DNA of 10,543 nucleotides from Gemmatimonadaceae bacterium. GTDB lineage: Bacteria > Gemmatimonadota > Gemmatimonadetes > Gemmatimonadales > Gemmatimonadaceae. The position numbers were made by a program, and so were the translations under genes. Positions 6,983 to 10,543 of the stretch are shown one piece after another; the stretch's first letter is position 1, and the number at the start of each line of letters is the position of its first letter. The notes under the pieces are model-generated. The model had not been told where the DNA came from, made no database searches, and saw only the letters and a list, made by a program, of their open reading frames with translations. The stretch covers positions 1 through 10,543 of the forward strand of contig JBBDYA010000131.1 in the NCBI GenBank assembly GCA_040902005.1. Direction: 5' to 3'.

Positions 6983-7797
6983 CTGCGCGGGCCCTGCAGC
7001 GCCGGTCGACGGTACCGGGGCTCGCGACGCGTGCGGCACTTGCGGCTATCCTGGTAGTCGTGACGCTCGCGCCGGTGGGAATGCTCCTGCTGTGGTCGGT
7101 GAGCGGAGGGTGGCTCTTTCCTTCGCTGTTGCCGGGCCAGCTCACGTCGGAGGCGTGGCACGCGATCGGTGCCGGCGCGCTTACATCCGCCATCTATACG
7201 AGCGCGGCCCTGGCGATCGCGACCGCCGTCATTGCCTGCGCGCTCGCGCTGCCGATCGGCCGCGCATTGGCCCGGCTCCGCGGGTGGCGACGGCATGTGG
7301 GAGCGGCGGCGGCGTTTCTGCCCGTGGCCTCGCCTCCACTGGCGCTCGGCACGGGGTTGCAGGTGATGGCGCTCGCGGCAGGTGTCGGCGGTACCGCGAT
7401 CGGCGTGCTATTCGCTCACATAGTGCCGGCCGTCGGTTACCTGGCGTTGTTCTTTCTCGGCACTTTCACCCTGTTCGACACTCGCGCCGAGGCTGAGGCA
7501 CGCACTCTCGGCGCAACGGCGGCGCAGACGTGGTGGCGCGTTACGCTTCCGCTGTTGCGGCGCCCAATCGTCGAAGCAATGGCGGTAGGGTTTCTCATCT
7601 CCTGGACGCAATTCGCGCTGACCCTGGTCGTCGGTGGCGGCGCGGTCCGGACGCTTCCGCTGGAAGTCTTCGCGCTCGTCCGCGCCGGCGAGGACCGCGC
7701 GTCGGCCGTCGGCGCGCTGCTGTTACTGGTCCCGGCGCTGGCGGCGCTGGCGGGACTCCGCTGGGCGACAAGGCGGACAGCTCTTGCGCCCGCGTGA
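6979..7797 (+). CDS. ABC transporter permease subunit 2 (YnjC C-half-like), 272 aa
   Basis: LLWSVSGGWLFPSLLP, EAA-like loop AEAEARTLGATAAQTWWRVTLP, and FLISWTQFALTLVVGGGAVRTLP. Start placed at ATG 6979 (ATGA overlap with the upstream stop) rather than 6946. Confidence 0.92.
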   Translation: MTARALQRRSTVPGLATRAALAAILVVVTLAPVGMLLLWSVSGGWLFPSLLPGQLTSEAWHAIGAGALTSAIYTSAALAIATAVIACALALPIGRALARLRGWRRHVGAAAAFLPVASPPLALGTGLQVMALAAGVGGTAIGVLFAHIVPAVGYLALFFLGTFTLFDTRAEAEARTLGATAAQTWWRVTLPLLRRPIVEAMAVGFLISWTQFALTLVVGGGAVRTLPLEVFALVRAGEDRASAVGALLLLVPALAALAGLRWATRRTALAPA

Positions 7798-8870
7798 GAC
7801 AATCACGGACAGAACTGCGGCCAGGGGAGGCGGCCCTGGCGATCGAGCGGCTGGTCGTTCCGTTCGGAGCGGGACCAGGGCTGACCGACGTGTCTCTCAC
7901 GGTAGGCAAGGGCGAGCGCGTCGCTGTCGTTGGGCCGTCGGGGGTGGGAAAGACGACGCTGCTGCGCGCCATAGCCGGGCTCGCTCCGATTACGGCGGGA
8001 CGCGTGCGTGTCGGCGGACGCGATGTCACGGCGCTGAAGCCGGAAGAGCGCGACGCCGTGTACCTGCACCAGAGCCCGGTTCTGTTTTCGCATCTGACCG
8101 TCGCGGAGAATGTGGCGTTTCCGCTGCGGGTTCGCGGCAGACGCGGCCGGGACGTACAGCAGCGCGTGCACGAGGCCCTCGGGGCTGTGCGGCTTGAATC
8201 GTTCGGCCCCCGCGCGGTACGGACGTTGAGCGGGGGCCAGCGGCACCGGGTCGCGCTCGCTCGCTCGATTGCCGCACGGCCCGCGGCCCTGCTCCTGGAC
8301 GAGCCGCTGTCCGCGCTCGATCCGTCGCTGCGGGACGAGGTCCGCTCGGCGATCGTCGCCGCGCAGAATGAATACGAACCCGGCGCTCTGCTGGTCACCC
8401 ATGATCTGGATGACGCGGGACTGCTTGCCGACCGCATCGCGGTGCTCCTCGATGGCGGGATCGCGCAGGTCGCGCCACCGGCGGAGCTTTTCGCGCGGCC
8501 GCAATCGCTCGCCGTCGCCCGATTTCTCGGTATCTTTCAGGAGATGGAGGGCTGCGCTGGCGAGGACGGCGAAGTTGCCTGCGCGCTCGGCATACTGGCC
8601 GCCGGCCAGCGGGTGCCACAGGGGCCAGTCGCGGTTGTGTTCAGGCCGGACGCGATCCGGATCGGACCTGTCAGGCCCGGCGCTCCGGCTGCGCGGGTCG
8701 TGGCCGTTCGCCAGCGTGTTCGCAGCACGAGCCTCGTTCTCCATGTGGGGGAAAATGCTAACAGCGCCCGGGTCGAGGCAACCGTCTTGCCGGGCGGAGC
8801 AGTCGCGGCCGTCGGAGCCGAAGTCGGTGTCGTTATCGATCCTGACGGTGTCCTCATGTTTCCCACCTGA
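7794..8870 (+). CDS. ABC transporter ATP-binding subunit (PotA/YnjD-like) with probable C-terminal TOBE-type extension, 358 aa
   Basis: Walker A GPSGVGKT (7932-7955), signature LSGGQ, Walker B LLLDEP, H-loop VTHD. Start placed at GTG 7794 (GTGA overlap) rather than 7530. Confidence 0.95.
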   Translation: MRQSRTELRPGEAALAIERLVVPFGAGPGLTDVSLTVGKGERVAVVGPSGVGKTTLLRAIAGLAPITAGRVRVGGRDVTALKPEERDAVYLHQSPVLFSHLTVAENVAFPLRVRGRRGRDVQQRVHEALGAVRLESFGPRAVRTLSGGQRHRVALARSIAARPAALLLDEPLSALDPSLRDEVRSAIVAAQNEYEPGALLVTHDLDDAGLLADRIAVLLDGGIAQVAPPAELFARPQSLAVARFLGIFQEMEGCAGEDGEVACALGILAAGQRVPQGPVAVVFRPDAIRIGPVRPGAPAARVVAVRQRVRSTSLVLHVGENANSARVEATVLPGGAVAAVGAEVGVVIDPDGVLMFPT

Positions 8871-8881
8871 CCGGCGTTCGC

Positions 8882-9490
8882 ATGCTGGACGAGCTGCTCC
8901 GGCCGGTGAAAGAACGCGCGCTGACTCCGTTCGCGATTCTTCTGGGCGACCGCACGCATCCTACCGCCGTCACGGTCCTCGGGTTCGCCTTCGGCATCGC
9001 GTCGGCCGCCTTCGCCGCGCGGGCGAATTACGGCGCGGCGCTCGCGCTGTGGGCCGTGAATCGTGCGCTGGACGGGCTGGACGGAACGCTCGCTCGCGTA
9101 CAGGGATCGCAGACGGACCGCGGGGGCTACCTCGACATCCTGCTCGATTTCATCGTGTACGCGGCCATTCCGCTGGCGCTGGTCATGGCCAACCGGACGG
9201 CGCCGATCGCGGTCGCCGCAGCCGTGATGCTGGGGAGCTTCTACGTCAACGCCGGATCGTGGATGTACCTGTCGGCCATCCTGGAGCGGCGCGATGCCGG
9301 TGCCAGGGCGCGCGGCGAGCTCACGTCAGTGACCATGCCAACGGGGTTGATCGGCGGGACGGAAACGATCGTGCTGTACACCCTGTTTTTTCTGTTCCCC
9401 CGGCACCTGACCGTCCTCTTCCTCGTGACTAGCCTGCTAGTGCTGGCGACGGCCGGCCAGCGACTGCTCTGGGCGGTGCGGAAGCTATAG
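8882..9490 (+). CDS. CDP-alcohol phosphatidyltransferase family protein, YnjF-like
   Basis: Signature DGLDGTLAR...TDRGGYLDILLD (DxxDGxxAR...GxxxDxxxD); GLIGGTETI and FFLFP motifs; multi-pass membrane protein directly after a ynjBCD-like transporter. Confidence 0.92.
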   Translation: MLDELLRPVKERALTPFAILLGDRTHPTAVTVLGFAFGIASAAFAARANYGAALALWAVNRALDGLDGTLARVQGSQTDRGGYLDILLDFIVYAAIPLALVMANRTAPIAVAAAVMLGSFYVNAGSWMYLSAILERRDAGARARGELTSVTMPTGLIGGTETIVLYTLFFLFPRHLTVLFLVTSLLVLATAGQRLLWAVRKL

Positions 9491-9532
9491 CGTACAGAGC
9501 CTGCGAGTCCGCAGCGTCGCCCGGGGATCGAT

Positions 9533-9558
9533 GGAACTTTCCCGTCCGCGTGCGAGTT
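9533..9558 (+). promoter_or_regulatory. Candidate ECF promoter (GGAACT-N14-CGAGTT) for the DUF3179-like gene
   Basis: GGAACT at 9533-9538 and CGAGTT at 9553-9558, which is GGAAC-N18-GTT, the SigR-type arrangement. Ends 8 nt before ATG 9567. Confidence 0.68.
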
Positions 9559-9566
9559 TGTCCGGC

Positions 9567-10543
9567 ATGAGGACACGGGCTTTATGGACCCTCGGCGCTC
9601 TGATCGCCGTCTCGTGCGCGGCGCCGAACGAGCAGGAGGCGCAGACGTCCGGCGAATGGCGCACGGACTTCACGCGGCACACGGTTCCGCTCGAGGAGAT
9701 CGTGCAGGGCGGTCCTCCAAAGGACGGCATTCCCGCGATCGACCAACCCGCCTTCGAGGACGTGCGCCGGGCGAATCGCTGGCTGAACGACCGCGAACCG
9801 GTGATCGTGGTCGAGCATGGCGGTATCGCGCGGGCGTACCCGTATCAGATACTCGTCTGGCACGAGATCGTGAACGACCGCATCGGCGACATGCCCATCG
9901 CCGTCACATTTTGCCCGCTGTGCAATATCGCGCTCGTGTTCGATCGGAGACACGCGGGACGCGTGCTGGATTTCGGAACCACGGGAAGGCTGCGGCATTC
10001 GGACCTCGTGATGTACGACCGGCAGACCGAGAGCTGGTGGCAGCAGGCGACCGGCAGGGCGATCGTAGGCACGCTTGCGGGCGACTCGCTCCGTACGATC
10101 GAGTCGCAGACGGTGAGCTGGCGTGACTTCAAGTCCGCGCACATGGATGGTGAGGTCCTTTCACGCCCGGGATCCGGCCGGCCGTACGGGCGTAACCCGT
10201 ACGCCGGCTACGATGCGCCGACGGGCCGCCCGCTTCCCGGCTTCTTCACTGGAAGAAGCGACGATCGGCTCCCCGCGATGGAGCGTGTCGCGACGGTGCG
10301 CATCGGAACTAAAGCGGTGGCGTATCCGTTTTCACGGCTGCGCACTGTGTACGTCGTCAACGACGAGATCGGCGGGACCGACGTAGTCGTGTTCTGGACG
10401 CCCGGGACCGCGAGCGCGCTCGATCGCGCCGCCATTGCTGAGGGCAGGGACGTAGGTGCGACGGGGGTGTTCGCGCGCGAGCTGGAAGGTCGCCGGCTGA
10501 CGTTCGAGTCGGCCGGAGCCGGTGCGTTTCGTGACAGGCAGAC
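9567..10543 (+). CDS. DUF3179-like lipoprotein with CxxC motif (3'-truncated by the window)
   Basis: Open from ATG 9567 to the window end: MRTRALWTLGALIAVSC (lipobox-like Cys), GGPPKDGIPAIDQP, ARAYPYQILVWHEIVND, VTFCPLCN (CPLC at 9912-9923), FGTTGRLRHSDLVMYDRQTESWWQQATGRAIVG, YGRNPYAGYD. Absent from the ORF track because it has no stop in the window. Confidence 0.9.
   Translation, partial: MRTRALWTLGALIAVSCAAPNEQEAQTSGEWRTDFTRHTVPLEEIVQGGPPKDGIPAIDQPAFEDVRRANRWLNDREPVIVVEHGGIARAYPYQILVWHEIVNDRIGDMPIAVTFCPLCNIALVFDRRHAGRVLDFGTTGRLRHSDLVMYDRQTESWWQQATGRAIVGTLAGDSLRTIESQTVSWRDFKSAHMDGEVLSRPGSGRPYGRNPYAGYDAPTGRPLPGFFTGRSDDRLPAMERVATVRIGTKAVAYPFSRLRTVYVVNDEIGGTDVVVFWTPGTASALDRAAIAEGRDVGATGVFARELEGRRLTFESAGAGAFRDRQ

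Noticed and set aside
7530..7793. N-terminal extension of the ATPase
   Set aside because: It lies entirely inside permease 2, and GTG 7794 gives a standard GTGA coupling.
9584..10386. Track ORFs 9584-10126, 9582-10142 and 10123-10386
   Set aside because: Off-frame or antisense to the DUF3179-like gene starting at 9567.
1..10543. CRISPR arrays, IS elements, tRNA or rRNA genes
   Set aside because: No regular repeats, transposase motifs or structural RNA signatures seen, and the intergenic gaps are short.

Overview
GC-rich window from a diderm bacterium (Gemmatimonadota-like by impression only). All credible genes are on the + strand. In order: the 3' end of an unknown CxxC protein; a SigR/SigH-like ECF sigma factor coupled to a soluble zinc-binding HxxxCxxC anti-sigma factor; a 29-codon ORF missing from the ORF track (MTVAEIIRIAERAAEVRQVA-TGA-RRSCHDPW) with a strong RBS, an in-frame TGA and a SECIS-like hairpin, i.e. 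a candidate selenocysteine peptide; a DoxX-family membrane protein; a TonB-dependent receptor; a YnjB-like binding protein, two permeases and an ATPase; a YnjF-like CDP-alcohol phosphatidyltransferase; and a 3'-truncated DUF3179-like lipoprotein (also missing from the track). The same ECF-type promoter motif, GGAACT-N14-CGWNTT, lies in each of the three larger intergenic gaps (287, 1299, 9533). Together this suggests a self-contained thiol/redox-responsive regulon controlling a Ynj-type import system led by a possible selenopeptide. Family calls come from motif recognition, not database searches.
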